Source: Candidatus Undinarchaeota archaeon
GTDB lineage: Archaea; Undinarchaeota; Undinarchaeia; Undinarchaeales; UBA543
DNA: 64,000 nt
Assembly: GCA_964567575.1 (NCBI GenBank)
Contig: CAZMMZ010000003.1
Location: 10,113-74,112, forward strand
Reading direction: 5' to 3'
Shown: positions 17,374-26,078 of the stretch, piece after piece
How the letters are laid out: each line of letters starts with the position of its first letter
How positions within the stretch are numbered: position 1 is the stretch's first letter
Notes under the pieces: generated by a model
What the model saw: only the letters and a program-made list of their open reading frames with translations
What the model was told of the DNA's origin: nothing
The model's database searches: none
Translations under genes and position numbers: made by a program

Positions 17374-18027
17374 TTATTTCAAATCCGCATCATTATCATA
17401 ACCACGGCTTTCCCAAAATCCTTCATAATTTTCATCATCTGTAAATTCAATTTCTGTAATCCATTTTACCCATTTGTATCCGAATTTTTGTTCTGCTACA
17501 ACTTGGAATGGGAAACCTCTTTCTTCTGGAAGTGTCATGTTATTCATTTTATACGCTATCATTATATTATTGTCAATCAAATAATCAAGTGGTAGCGCGC
17601 TTGTGTAACCATCGTAGGCATGGAATATTACTGTGTTCGCTGTGCCAAGGGGATTTGCATCTTCCACAAGATCTTCAAAAAGCACACCTTCCCAAAGAAT
17701 TGTAGCGCTCCATCCTTCAACACAATTAAGTGTAACAACTTTGCTGTATGTCTGTCTGTCAATTACTTCGTCATACAAATACTCTTGAGGAGTTTCAACA
17801 AGTCCGTGTATTTTTAATTTATAATCTTCAATATCAACACGCTGAATTCCTTTGATTGAGTTTTCTCTGAAATCATTTGCTGATGAAAGTCGCTCACCTT
17901 CATATTCTCTTATTTCAATTTCATCAAGTTCTATTGTACTTTCTTTTCCATTCATTGAAACCCCACTCTCAATACAGCCAGCAAGCAATACAATTAAAAT
18001 TAGTAAAATAATTATTTTGAAGCGCAT
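17374..18027 (-). CDS. Molybdopterin-dependent oxidoreductase (sulfite oxidase/MsrP-like), lipoprotein
   Basis: LNCVEGW (Moco Cys), WEGV, YTSALPL, LPEERGFP, GYKWVKWI, GFWESRGY; LAGC lipobox. Confidence 0.88.
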   Translation of the reverse strand: MRFKIIILLILIVLLAGCIESGVSMNGKESTIELDEIEIREYEGERLSSANDFRENSIKGIQRVDIEDYKLKIHGLVETPQEYLYDEVIDRQTYSKVVTLNCVEGWSATILWEGVLFEDLVEDANPLGTANTVIFHAYDGYTSALPLDYLIDNNIMIAYKMNNMTLPEERGFPFQVVAEQKFGYKWVKWITEIEFTDDENYEGFWESRGYDNDADLK

Positions 18028-18042
18028 TTGAAACCTCTTCGA

Positions 18043-18162
18043 TTAAGAATTAAATGTGTTACTCCAAACTGCAGCAAGTTTTAGAAGTCCTGTAATTAAA
18101 AGCACAGAAAATGAAATCAGAAGAAGGTAATTCATATAACATCTTAATTTTGTTTGGTTCAT
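18043..18162 (-). pseudogene. Short membrane-protein fragment resembling a DUF4405-type N-terminus
   Basis: MNQTKLRCYMNYLLLISFSVLLITGLLKLAAVWSNTFNS* (39 aa), read manually; ends early. Confidence 0.4.
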
Positions 18163-18224
18163 AAAGAAACATAACTAAAATCTGTTTTTAAAGTTTTGGG
18201 GCGGCGCGCGCTCATAGCTGAAAA

Positions 18225-18860
18225 TTACAAGTGCTTAATTGGTTTTTCGAGTTTAGGGTTTTTAATCATTAGTGTAAATGTAACTAATTGTAAAACTATT
18301 ACTATAACAACCATTATTACTGCAAGATATCCAAACCAATCAGGACCTCCACCATAAGTTGAAAAAAATTGGAAATAAATGAAATGTCCAGAAACTAAAT
18401 AAAATACTGCGTGAGTTAGACTATGAAGCCATTTCCACAAATCTATACCTAAACCTTCAATTACTTTGCCAAAAGAAGTAGCTGTAAGCAATAATGACCA
18501 AAATAGGGCAATTAAACCAAGTAAATTAGCAAGCCCATACCCCTCTCCACCAATATGTATTAAACTTGAAAACGATCTTAATACAAGTATAATTATAAAA
18601 TGAACTAAAGCTGTTAAAGTAAACCAAATGCCAAGTTCTCCTCTCCAACTCCAAGGACTAAATAAAGGTGATGAACTTTGTGTAGGTTTTTTCAATCTCA
18701 TTATTGGACCAATAATTAAAATTAAAAATAATAAAATAAATGAAATCCTAGCAAATGATACAGTCCACGAAATATTCAGTAAAAATTTGAAAATAGAAAC
18801 TAAACCTAAAGAAAAAATACCAACAATTAAATGTTGCCTTAAAGTATTTCTAGCATCCAT
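18225..18860 (-). CDS. Ferric reductase-like transmembrane protein (MsrQ/YedZ-like)
   Basis: WRGELGIW...ALVHF, LTATSF...WKWLHSLTH...SGHF, with heme-ligand His spacing; about 6 TM. Confidence 0.75.
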   Translation of the reverse strand: MDARNTLRQHLIVGIFSLGLVSIFKFLLNISWTVSFARISFILLFLILIIGPIMRLKKPTQSSSPLFSPWSWRGELGIWFTLTALVHFIIILVLRSFSSLIHIGGEGYGLANLLGLIALFWSLLLTATSFGKVIEGLGIDLWKWLHSLTHAVFYLVSGHFIYFQFFSTYGGGPDWFGYLAVIMVVIVIVLQLVTFTLMIKNPKLEKPIKHL

Positions 18861-18918
18861 AATTTTACTAAATTAAAATTGAGTATATATATTTTGTTTT
18901 TAGGGGAAAATTAAAATT

Positions 18919-19005
18919 TGGTGCGGGGGACGAGGTTCGAACTCGCGAATCCACTAAGGAACTAGGCCCTCAACCTAGCACGTTTGACCACTCCGCCACC
19001 CCCGC
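18919..19005 (-). tRNA. tRNA-Leu(GAG), CCA encoded, no intron
   Basis: GCGGGGG/CCCCCGC acceptor stem, CTAGG-TTGAGGG-CCTAG anticodon arm, long variable arm, GTTCGAA T-loop. Confidence 0.97.
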
Positions 19006-19043
19006 AGAATTAAGTTTTGTTGTCATCAGTGTTATTTAAAAGT

Positions 19044-20780
19044 TTATCTCTTCTCAACGATTTTATCGCGCCATTTATTCCAATCATCTTCAAGTTCATT
19101 AAAAATTATTTTAATATGTTCATCACTCCACTTATTATTTTTCAAATGCATTTCAAGTTTCTTTCTCTCAACTCCGTTTTTCATATGGAATGCAATGTAC
19201 TTCTTCAATGCGTTTTTGTGTCGATCTGTGAGTGCGTGCTTTTTCTTGGACTCTGGTGGCTCTTTCCTAATTTTTAATTTGAATAATAATAATTGCCAAT
19301 CCTTAATTAATTCCATTTCAAATTTCTTGTCAACAACAATTACAGTTCCTACTCCAACAATAAAGAGTGTAATAATAACAATGGCTACCCACAATGCATT
19401 GTCGATTCCTAGTGTTTTTGTTCTGCCTTCAAATTCTTTTACAATTTCTGAAACATCTTTTTCTGGAATGTCTCCTCCAATTGGAACTTCTGGTTTGTCT
19501 GGAATCGGTATCGGTTCCACTCCTTTGACAACTAACGTTCGCAATTCAGAATTGTATTCATTATCTGAATCATCAATACAGCGGATTCTCCATTCCCAAA
19601 TTCCTTCTGAAACCGAAACCATTGAAAATGCAGTTTCTTCATCACTTGTCCCGCCCTTTTTCACTTCGCGGACACTTTTGTTTGTTATTAATTCACATCG
19701 ATTCAAACCAAGAAGCGCCCTCGGAATATATTTGAAATTTACATTTCCTGTTTCTATGTTTTCGTAATCTTCTGGAGCTGTTGCTTTAACATTAATGTAT
19801 TCGCTCATCAGAATTGTTTTGTTAACCCACAAATTGCGTTGACTTGAAGTGACATTATTTCCTTCAGAATCATGACAAGTGATAGACCAATTATATGGTC
19901 CTGTTTTTACATGCACTTGTTCAAACATATTTACTGAATTATTGACAATATCACTATTTGTTCCATTAACCGATTCATTTAATTCTAATGTGCACCATCG
20001 CAATGGTAACCGACTTTTTGGAGTATATTTGAAAGTAACATATCCATCAAGATCAACTGCATCCTCTATTGGACTATTCAAAGTAATCATTTGAGAAGTT
20101 GTTAATTCTGCAATTAAAAGTCCATGCGATGATTCTCCAACATTACCTGCTTTGTCTTCACATAAAACTTTCCACATATAATCTCCTTCTGTTAATACAA
20201 TTTCAGGGAAAGTCGAAGTTCCATTTCCTGCATTTGCAATATATCCTTTTTTCTCATCCTCAACAAACAATGTACAATTCTCAATTCCGGTTTCCATATC
20301 TATTGCATTGACTTTGAAAACAGTTCTTCCATTTGTTGTGTTGTAAGTTGTTACAGAATTATCTACAGTAATTGTCGGTGCAACATCATCTAAAACTATA
20401 TTGACAGTTCTATTTGTGGAATTATGAAGATTTGTATAATTATCTCTGCACTGAATATAGTACCACCAGGTTCCGTTTGTCAGTGCAACATCTTTGAAAT
20501 ACTGTTGTTGACTTCTTTCTATTGTGCTACTTAATGCAATGTAAGTTCCATTTGAAATTATTTTACACCAGCTTACATTGTTATCACTTGTTGGCGTATA
20601 TGTGAAATTAACCAACGCTTCCTGTTTTTGTAATGTTGATGGCATTCGAATATATTCATTCGCGTCTGGTTCAGTAATACTTATTGTCACTGGGCTCGTG
20701 TTCCCTGGGATCGCATATACTGCACCTGCCATGGCTAGGATTGAAAATAAAAAGACCAAAGCCATCAATGACCGCTTCAT
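19044..20780 (-). CDS. Secreted, C-terminally anchored surface protein with about 4 Ig-like repeats
   Basis: Signal peptide; repeated F[TK]Y[TI]P...WC.L...W.I.C.D units; many N-x-S/T sequons; TM helix and cytoplasmic tail. Confidence 0.8.
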   Translation of the reverse strand: MKRSLMALVFLFSILAMAGAVYAIPGNTSPVTISITEPDANEYIRMPSTLQKQEALVNFTYTPTSDNNVSWCKIISNGTYIALSSTIERSQQQYFKDVALTNGTWWYYIQCRDNYTNLHNSTNRTVNIVLDDVAPTITVDNSVTTYNTTNGRTVFKVNAIDMETGIENCTLFVEDEKKGYIANAGNGTSTFPEIVLTEGDYMWKVLCEDKAGNVGESSHGLLIAELTTSQMITLNSPIEDAVDLDGYVTFKYTPKSRLPLRWCTLELNESVNGTNSDIVNNSVNMFEQVHVKTGPYNWSITCHDSEGNNVTSSQRNLWVNKTILMSEYINVKATAPEDYENIETGNVNFKYIPRALLGLNRCELITNKSVREVKKGGTSDEETAFSMVSVSEGIWEWRIRCIDDSDNEYNSELRTLVVKGVEPIPIPDKPEVPIGGDIPEKDVSEIVKEFEGRTKTLGIDNALWVAIVIITLFIVGVGTVIVVDKKFEMELIKDWQLLLFKLKIRKEPPESKKKHALTDRHKNALKKYIAFHMKNGVERKKLEMHLKNNKWSDEHIKIIFNELEDDWNKWRDKIVEKR

Positions 20781-20875
20781 AAAAACCTGTAGTGTTTTGG
20801 GTTTAAAAATACATTTGTTTTCCCTTAACCCAATCAGAAAACTATAAAACCGAATTTATCTACTAAATAATTACT

Positions 20876-21541
20876 ATGAGAGACAATGTTCGATGGATAA
20901 TAATAAGTGTGCTGATTGTCGGTTTACTGATAACCAGTGTTTCTTTTATGAGTAACGGAGTTGCTCCTACTAGTTTTATTTCGCTTAATTCTATTTTAGG
21001 AAAAGTCACTGGTCAGATTACTGGAGTTTATTGCGTTCCTTCAATGAAAATTTCAGCACCAGAAGCAGTTACTATAAGTCCAGGTGCTCACACCGATATT
21101 CAAATTGATGTGTCTGATATCAACTGTGGTGTTTCTCGCGCAACCTTAACTCTTACGGATTTCCCTGAAGATTATTATACTGTCACACCAGAATATCATC
21201 CAACTCTTTCACCTAAAAATGATAATTCTTACACCATAACTTTTAGTGCTCCAAAAGCTGCAGAAGGTATGGTCTATTTAACAAATGCTAGAATCCGAGG
21301 CAGTGGTTCTAATTTCTACAGCAGTGATATTGAAGTTACTGTTGATACACTTCCTACAAAACCAGGTGCTGTTGCAGGCACTCCAGCAATTGAAAATATT
21401 GTAACAACTAAATCTCGAGGTGTTCTTGATTCTTTCCTTAGCAGTCAAACTTGGTGGGCCGTATCACTCATAGTTGTTATTGCAGCAATTTCTCTTGTGA
21501 TTTATGAATATTTACCTGAAGAAGCTAGGAAAACTCGATAA
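20876..21541 (+). CDS. Membrane-anchored Ig-like domain protein
   Basis: N- and C-terminal TM helices around a beta-rich domain (ISPGAHTDIQI...LTDFPEDYYTVTP). Confidence 0.7.
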   Translation: MRDNVRWIIISVLIVGLLITSVSFMSNGVAPTSFISLNSILGKVTGQITGVYCVPSMKISAPEAVTISPGAHTDIQIDVSDINCGVSRATLTLTDFPEDYYTVTPEYHPTLSPKNDNSYTITFSAPKAAEGMVYLTNARIRGSGSNFYSSDIEVTVDTLPTKPGAVAGTPAIENIVTTKSRGVLDSFLSSQTWWAVSLIVVIAAISLVIYEYLPEEARKTR

Positions 21542-21596
21542 TTTTTGACCTACCATAACCTTTAAAAAGGACTGGTATTATAGGAACTGCACTTGA

Positions 21597-21950
21597 ATGA
21601 AACGAAATAAGACTAACCCCCGCGTTTTGGGTTTAATTAAATCTTTATATGAAAAGTCAGCTGAATCTAAGGCTGCTCTATGGAAGAATTTAGCAAAGCG
21701 ACTTGAATCCCCCAACCAGAACTGGGCGTCAATAAATCTTTCTCGTTTAAGCCGAATTACAAAAGAAGGAGAGACAATTGTTGTTCCTGGAAAAGTTCTT
21801 GGCTCAGGTACACTTTCTCACAAACTTAATATTTTCGCAGTTTCAGCTTCCAAAACCGCACAGGTTCGAATAAAAAAATCTGGTAGCTCTTTTGGAATTA
21901 TTGAAGATGCACTTGCAAAACCAGCAAAAGGAGTTCGAATTATAAAATGA
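21597..21950 (+). CDS. rpl18e: 50S ribosomal protein L18e (eL18)
   Basis: KTNP...INLSRLSR...VVPGKVLGSG. Confidence 0.96.
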   Translation: MKRNKTNPRVLGLIKSLYEKSAESKAALWKNLAKRLESPNQNWASINLSRLSRITKEGETIVVPGKVLGSGTLSHKLNIFAVSASKTAQVRIKKSGSSFGIIEDALAKPAKGVRIIK

Positions 21951-22366
21951 AAGTTATTGACGCAACAAATCTCAAAGTTGGAAGACTCGCATCTTATGTT
22001 GCACATGAAGCTCTAAAAGGTGAGACCTTTCGAATTGTCAATGCTGAGAAAGCAGTAGTTACTGGCACAAAAGATTCTATTCTTAAAAGATACAAATTCA
22101 AGAGAACTGTTGGTTCACGATATCAGGGTCCATTTTACCCAAAACGATCTGACAGGATTTTAAAACGTTCAATTCGAGGTATGCTTCCATACAAAAAACA
22201 AAGAGGAAGGGAAGCTCTTGATCGCATTCGCGCATATATCGGAGTTCCTGAAGAACTTGCCAAGCAAAAGCCTGAAGTTCCTGAAGTAGCAAAACTCGGT
22301 GTTATTGAAAAACGTATGTATATGACTCTTGCAAATCTTTCAAATGAACTTGGAGCTAAACAATGA
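21947..22366 (+). CDS. rpl13: 50S ribosomal protein L13 (uL13)
   Basis: IDATNLKVGRLAS, VNAEKAVVTG, GPFYPKR, RGMLPYK. Confidence 0.97.
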   Translation: MKVIDATNLKVGRLASYVAHEALKGETFRIVNAEKAVVTGTKDSILKRYKFKRTVGSRYQGPFYPKRSDRILKRSIRGMLPYKKQRGREALDRIRAYIGVPEELAKQKPEVPEVAKLGVIEKRMYMTLANLSNELGAKQ

Positions 22367-22770
22367 GTGCAAAAAAATCTATTACAACAACTGGAAAAAA
22401 GAAAAGCGCAAAAGCGCGTGCATCTATCCAGAAAGGTAGTGGTAAAGTTACTATTAATTCAATCCCTGTTGAAAACTGGGGTTCTTTTTATGAGCGCAAT
22501 TTGATTCTTGAGCCAATGCACATAATGGAAAAAGCTCTCAGCGCAGTTGATATTAGTATTAATGTATTAGGTGGCGGTTCTGTTGGTCAGGCTGCAGCAT
22601 GTAGGGTTGCAATGGCTCGCGCGGTTATCAAATTCACAAATGACGACAAATTAAAGAAAGACCTTATAAGCTACGACGATAAGATATTCTCTGGTGATTC
22701 AAGGCAGAAAGAACCTTGTAAACCAAACGATTCTTCAGCTCGTGCACGAAGGCAGAAGAGTTACAGGTAA
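22363..22770 (+). CDS. rps9: 30S ribosomal protein S9 (uS9)
   Basis: GKKKSAKARA, GGGSVGQA, GDSRQKEP, ARARRQKSYR. Confidence 0.97.
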   Translation: MSAKKSITTTGKKKSAKARASIQKGSGKVTINSIPVENWGSFYERNLILEPMHIMEKALSAVDISINVLGGGSVGQAAACRVAMARAVIKFTNDDKLKKDLISYDDKIFSGDSRQKEPCKPNDSSARARRQKSYR

Positions 22771-22777
22771 TGTTAAA

Positions 22778-22972
22778 ATGATTATTCCAGTAAGATGTTT
22801 CACATGCGGAAAACCACTCGGCGCAGAGTATGAAGAGTTTAAGAAACGTGTTGAGGCAGGCGAAGAAGAAAAAGCAATTCTTGATTCTCTTAATGTTGAA
22901 CGATACTGTTGCAGACGAATGATTCTCACACAACTGGATCTTCTTGAAGAAGTAGCTCAGTTCGACGCATAA
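22778..22972 (+). CDS. rpoN: DNA-directed RNA polymerase subunit N (Rpo10)
   Basis: MIIPVRCFTCGK...RYCCRRM; true ATG at 22778. Confidence 0.97.
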   Translation: MIIPVRCFTCGKPLGAEYEEFKKRVEAGEEEKAILDSLNVERYCCRRMILTQLDLLEEVAQFDA

Positions 22973-22989
22973 ATATTAATTTTACAAGA

Positions 22990-23018
22990 TACTGACATAC
23001 GTCAGTAACATTTATATA
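22990..23018 (+). promoter_or_regulatory. Palindromic operator (TACTGAC-N4-GTCAGTA) adjacent to a TATA box (TTTATATA)
   Basis: Perfect 7-bp inverted repeat at 22990-23007, 3 nt before TTTATATA (23011-23018), upstream of an HTH gene. Confidence 0.6.
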
Positions 23019-23058
23019 GTATAATATTGAGTTTAATTAACCGATTGGGACAAACAAA

Positions 23059-23355
23059 ATGGCAGTTTTAGGATTCCGAAATACGAATAAAGAGCAATCT
23101 AATGTTTTGCCTAATGTTGATTCTGAGAATTTTACTTATGAAAGTATATCAAAAGAAGTCCGAATCACTCAAAAACAGTTTGAAGCACTTCATACTGCTT
23201 TAAAGCACAAGTATTATTCTTGGCCACGCAAAGTAACTCTTGAAGATCTTGCACAACGTTCTGATACAACCCGAAGAGCTTTCCAAGAGAACCTGCGAAA
23301 AGCTGAAGCCAAACTTTTCCCGCACCTTGTGAAGAAATTTATGCGCGGCGAATAA
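23059..23355 (+). CDS. Stand-alone HTH DNA-binding protein (bacterio-opsin activator-type HTH)
   Basis: ITQKQFEAL..AL...YYSWPRKVTLEDLA......RAFQENLRKAEAKL. Confidence 0.85.
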   Translation: MAVLGFRNTNKEQSNVLPNVDSENFTYESISKEVRITQKQFEALHTALKHKYYSWPRKVTLEDLAQRSDTTRRAFQENLRKAEAKLFPHLVKKFMRGE

Positions 23356-23406
23356 ATTCTTTTTTATCATAACACTTAAAAGGTGCTAAACTATTTCTGT
23401 AGATAG

Positions 23407-24534
23407 ATGGCATTTAAAATCTCTAAACTTTCAATTCTTTTACTAGCACTTGTTATACTCAGTTTAATATCGCCTTTAGCATATGCTCAAGAAGAAAAGA
23501 TTGATGTTGTTTATTTCTACGGCGATGGTTGTCCGCATTGCGGAAATTTAGAAGAATGGCTAGATGAAATCAAAGACGAGTATCCAATTAATCCAATTAG
23601 CTACGAAGTTTATTCAAATCCAGAGAATCGAGATCTTGCTATTAAAATGGCAAAGGAATATGGTGAAAGTTTCCGTGGTGTTCCTATGACTTTCATCTGC
23701 GATGAAGTTTTTATTGGTTTCAGTGAATCAGTTACTGCTGGTCGTATGGAAGCTAAATTAAAAGAATGTCAACAAGCTACTTGTGTAATTTCACCTCTTG
23801 ATGCTGTTAAAGAATGTGAAGGAGATGTTCAAAAAGAAAAATTAACATTCGCTTCTGTTATGACGCTTGCTGTTGCTGATTCAATTAACCCTTGCGCGCT
23901 AGCAGTTCTGGCAATGGCGTTAATTGCATTGCTTGCAAAAGATCCTGCTAAAAAGAAAAGAGTTTTGCTCGGAGGTTTTGCTTTTATTTCAGCTGTGTTC
24001 CTAACGTACTTGATTTACGGCGGAATCATAATCCAGTTCTTCAAAGTCCTTGAATCTTATTTCGTTTCATTAAGTTTCTATGTCCGAGCGTTATTTGCAC
24101 TTCTTGCAATTGCGCTTGGTATTATGAATCTAAAGGATTTTGTCAAATACAAACCAGGTTCATTTGGAACTGAAATGCCTGTGAAACTCAGACCAATGGC
24201 TAAGCGAATAATTGCAAATATCACAAGCCCTTACGGCGCTTTCATAATCGGAATCTTTGTAACTCTGTTCTTATTGCCATGCACAATTGGTCCTTATCTC
24301 GTGGTCGGAAATATTCTGTCAGGACTTGCTTGGGTGAAATCATTGCCATGGCTTTTATTGTATAATATCATTTTTGTCCTGCCAATGGTTGTTGTTACTC
24401 TGCTTGTTTACTTCGGAATGTCTCGCGTCACTGATGTAACTGCATGGAAAGACAAGAATGTAAAATGGCTACACTTTATTGCTGGATTAGTTCTGTTGCT
24501 ACTTGGTATTGCAATGCTATTCGGTTTCGTCTAA
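23407..24534 (+). CDS. Thioredoxin/glutaredoxin-fold + CcdA/DsbD-type transmembrane thiol-redox protein
   Basis: CPHC in the N-terminal domain; DSINPCA and LLPCTIGPY Cys motifs in the TM domain. Confidence 0.85.
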   Translation: MAFKISKLSILLLALVILSLISPLAYAQEEKIDVVYFYGDGCPHCGNLEEWLDEIKDEYPINPISYEVYSNPENRDLAIKMAKEYGESFRGVPMTFICDEVFIGFSESVTAGRMEAKLKECQQATCVISPLDAVKECEGDVQKEKLTFASVMTLAVADSINPCALAVLAMALIALLAKDPAKKKRVLLGGFAFISAVFLTYLIYGGIIIQFFKVLESYFVSLSFYVRALFALLAIALGIMNLKDFVKYKPGSFGTEMPVKLRPMAKRIIANITSPYGAFIIGIFVTLFLLPCTIGPYLVVGNILSGLAWVKSLPWLLLYNIIFVLPMVVVTLLVYFGMSRVTDVTAWKDKNVKWLHFIAGLVLLLLGIAMLFGFV

Positions 24535-24584
24535 TTCAGAGAGGCTTTACATAAACGTCTTCTACTAGTTTCTTTTATTTTAAT

Positions 24585-24625
24585 CTGTAAAACAAATTTC
24601 ATAATAAATCTATCTTGTTTTACAG
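24585..24625. repeat. Perfect 11-bp inverted repeat between convergent genes (possible bidirectional terminator)
   Basis: CTGTAAAACAA (24585-24595) - 19 nt - TTGTTTTACAG (24615-24625). Confidence 0.55.
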
Positions 24626-24652
24626 TTAAATATATGTTTCGCAAAAATCAAA

Positions 24653-25027
24653 TTATGCGTTTTTCTTAATTCTAAACAATAACCAATTCTTCGGCCCCGT
24701 TTTCTCGAATTTGATAAGACAATATTTTCCTTTGAGCTTTTTTCCTTTTAATTCAAAAACCATTTTCCCAGGGGCTTTGCTTTCCATTTCATAAGTTCCG
24801 GAATCCCAAATTTTTACAGTGCCTTTTCCATAACCTTCTTCAATTGTTCCTTCAAAATTAATATAAGAAACTGCGTGGTCTTCCACTTGCACTGCCAAAC
24901 GCTTGAGGCCTACTTGTTTTGGTGGTTGTTTCGGAACTGCCCAGCTTTTCAAAACCCCATTCATCTCCAACCTAAAGTCCCAGTGCAAATTTGTTGCATT
25001 GTGTTCTTGTATTACAAATCTATTCAT
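24653..25027 (-). CDS. Stand-alone LigD-type 3'-phosphoesterase (PE) domain protein
   Basis: FVIQEH.A..LHWDFRLE..GVLKSWAVPK...RLAVQVEDH..Y..FEG.I..GYG.G.V..WD.G. Confidence 0.93.
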   Translation of the reverse strand: MNRFVIQEHNATNLHWDFRLEMNGVLKSWAVPKQPPKQVGLKRLAVQVEDHAVSYINFEGTIEEGYGKGTVKIWDSGTYEMESKAPGKMVFELKGKKLKGKYCLIKFEKTGPKNWLLFRIKKNA

Positions 25028-25574
25028 TTTTTAATTTTTTTAGGATTTTTTTCTTTTTTATTACGTTTTCAATTTCTTCCTTAATATTATAAGCGTGTTC
25101 TAGATCTGTTTTAACAACGTCTTCCATTTCCATATTTTCTAAAAGTTTAATTTGTTTTTTTAAATCTTTCAAAGCTTTTTCTGGTTCATTATCTCTTTCA
25201 TATAAAATTTCTGCACGAGTAGCGTAAGATCCAGAAAGCAATTTCGTATTTTTTTCATTCTTTATAATATGATTAAGAATTTTCATTGCTTGTTTAAACT
25301 TTTTTAATTCTGTTAATGTAACTGCTCTGTAATACTGGAGGGCATTATCATCTGGAAACATTTTGCAAAAAAATGTAAAAATTACATTTGCTTTTTTCCA
25401 TTCTCCATTGTTTATTAGTTCAAGCGCGTTGTTTAGGATTTGCATTTTGTCTATTCCAGGTTCTTCTTCCCAAGTTTGAATCAAGTCTTCTTCAAATTCG
25501 GATTTTTTTCTTCCTCTGTTTTTCTTTAATTTTTTTATTGCCATTTTTATTTTTCCCAAGCCGTAGTGCAACAC
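25020..25574 (-). CDS. TPR-like helical repeat protein
   Basis: YYRAVTLTELKKFKQAMK...SYATRAEILY...EKALKDL. Confidence 0.75.
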   Translation of the reverse strand: MLHYGLGKIKMAIKKLKKNRGRKKSEFEEDLIQTWEEEPGIDKMQILNNALELINNGEWKKANVIFTFFCKMFPDDNALQYYRAVTLTELKKFKQAMKILNHIIKNEKNTKLLSGSYATRAEILYERDNEPEKALKDLKKQIKLLENMEMEDVVKTDLEHAYNIKEEIENVIKKKKILKKLKNE

Positions 25575-25591
25575 TAAGCTTCCTATCGGTT

Positions 25592-26077
25592 TTATCGTTT
25601 ACTAATTGCGTCAAGTATTTCTTCTCGTAAGTCTACTGCTTCTTTTAATTGTTCTTTAACACTTTCAGGTTGTCTATATTTTTTCATGAGTTTTATTGCA
25701 ATGTTAATATCTTTAAATGCATTTCCCAAGTCATCATGATAATCTAACTGAATTTCAGCACGCATTTTGTAGCTATCAAAAACAGTTGCCTCATCTTTGG
25801 CAGTTTTTATTAATCTATCAAAAGTTTTTTCAGCTTTAGCAAATTGCCCTAATCTAGTTTCACCCATTGCAATAAAAAAATCTGGCCATTCTTTGTTTTT
25901 TCGTTTTTTTCTGAGTTCACTCCAAAGTTTCATTGCTTCTTCCCACTTGTTTTGATTTTGCAAATCAAAAGCTTTTTCTGCTAAAGCTACAAATTCATCA
26001 TCTCTTGGTTCTAAAAAATCATTTAGTTGGCCTGTATTGAACCATTCTTGTTTTCTTTTAGCATTTATTACTACCAT
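25592..26077 (-). CDS. TPR-like helical repeat protein (paralog of the adjacent gene)
   Basis: KWEEAMKLW...LGQFAKAEK...SYKMRAEI...AFKDI..AIKL. Confidence 0.7.
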   Translation of the reverse strand: MVVINAKRKQEWFNTGQLNDFLEPRDDEFVALAEKAFDLQNQNKWEEAMKLWSELRKKRKNKEWPDFFIAMGETRLGQFAKAEKTFDRLIKTAKDEATVFDSYKMRAEIQLDYHDDLGNAFKDINIAIKLMKKYRQPESVKEQLKEAVDLREEILDAISKR

Positions 26078-26078
26078 T

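Noticed and set aside
18181-18930. Integrated element at tRNA-Leu
   Set aside because: No duplicated tRNA 3' end (att site) and no integrase found in the window.
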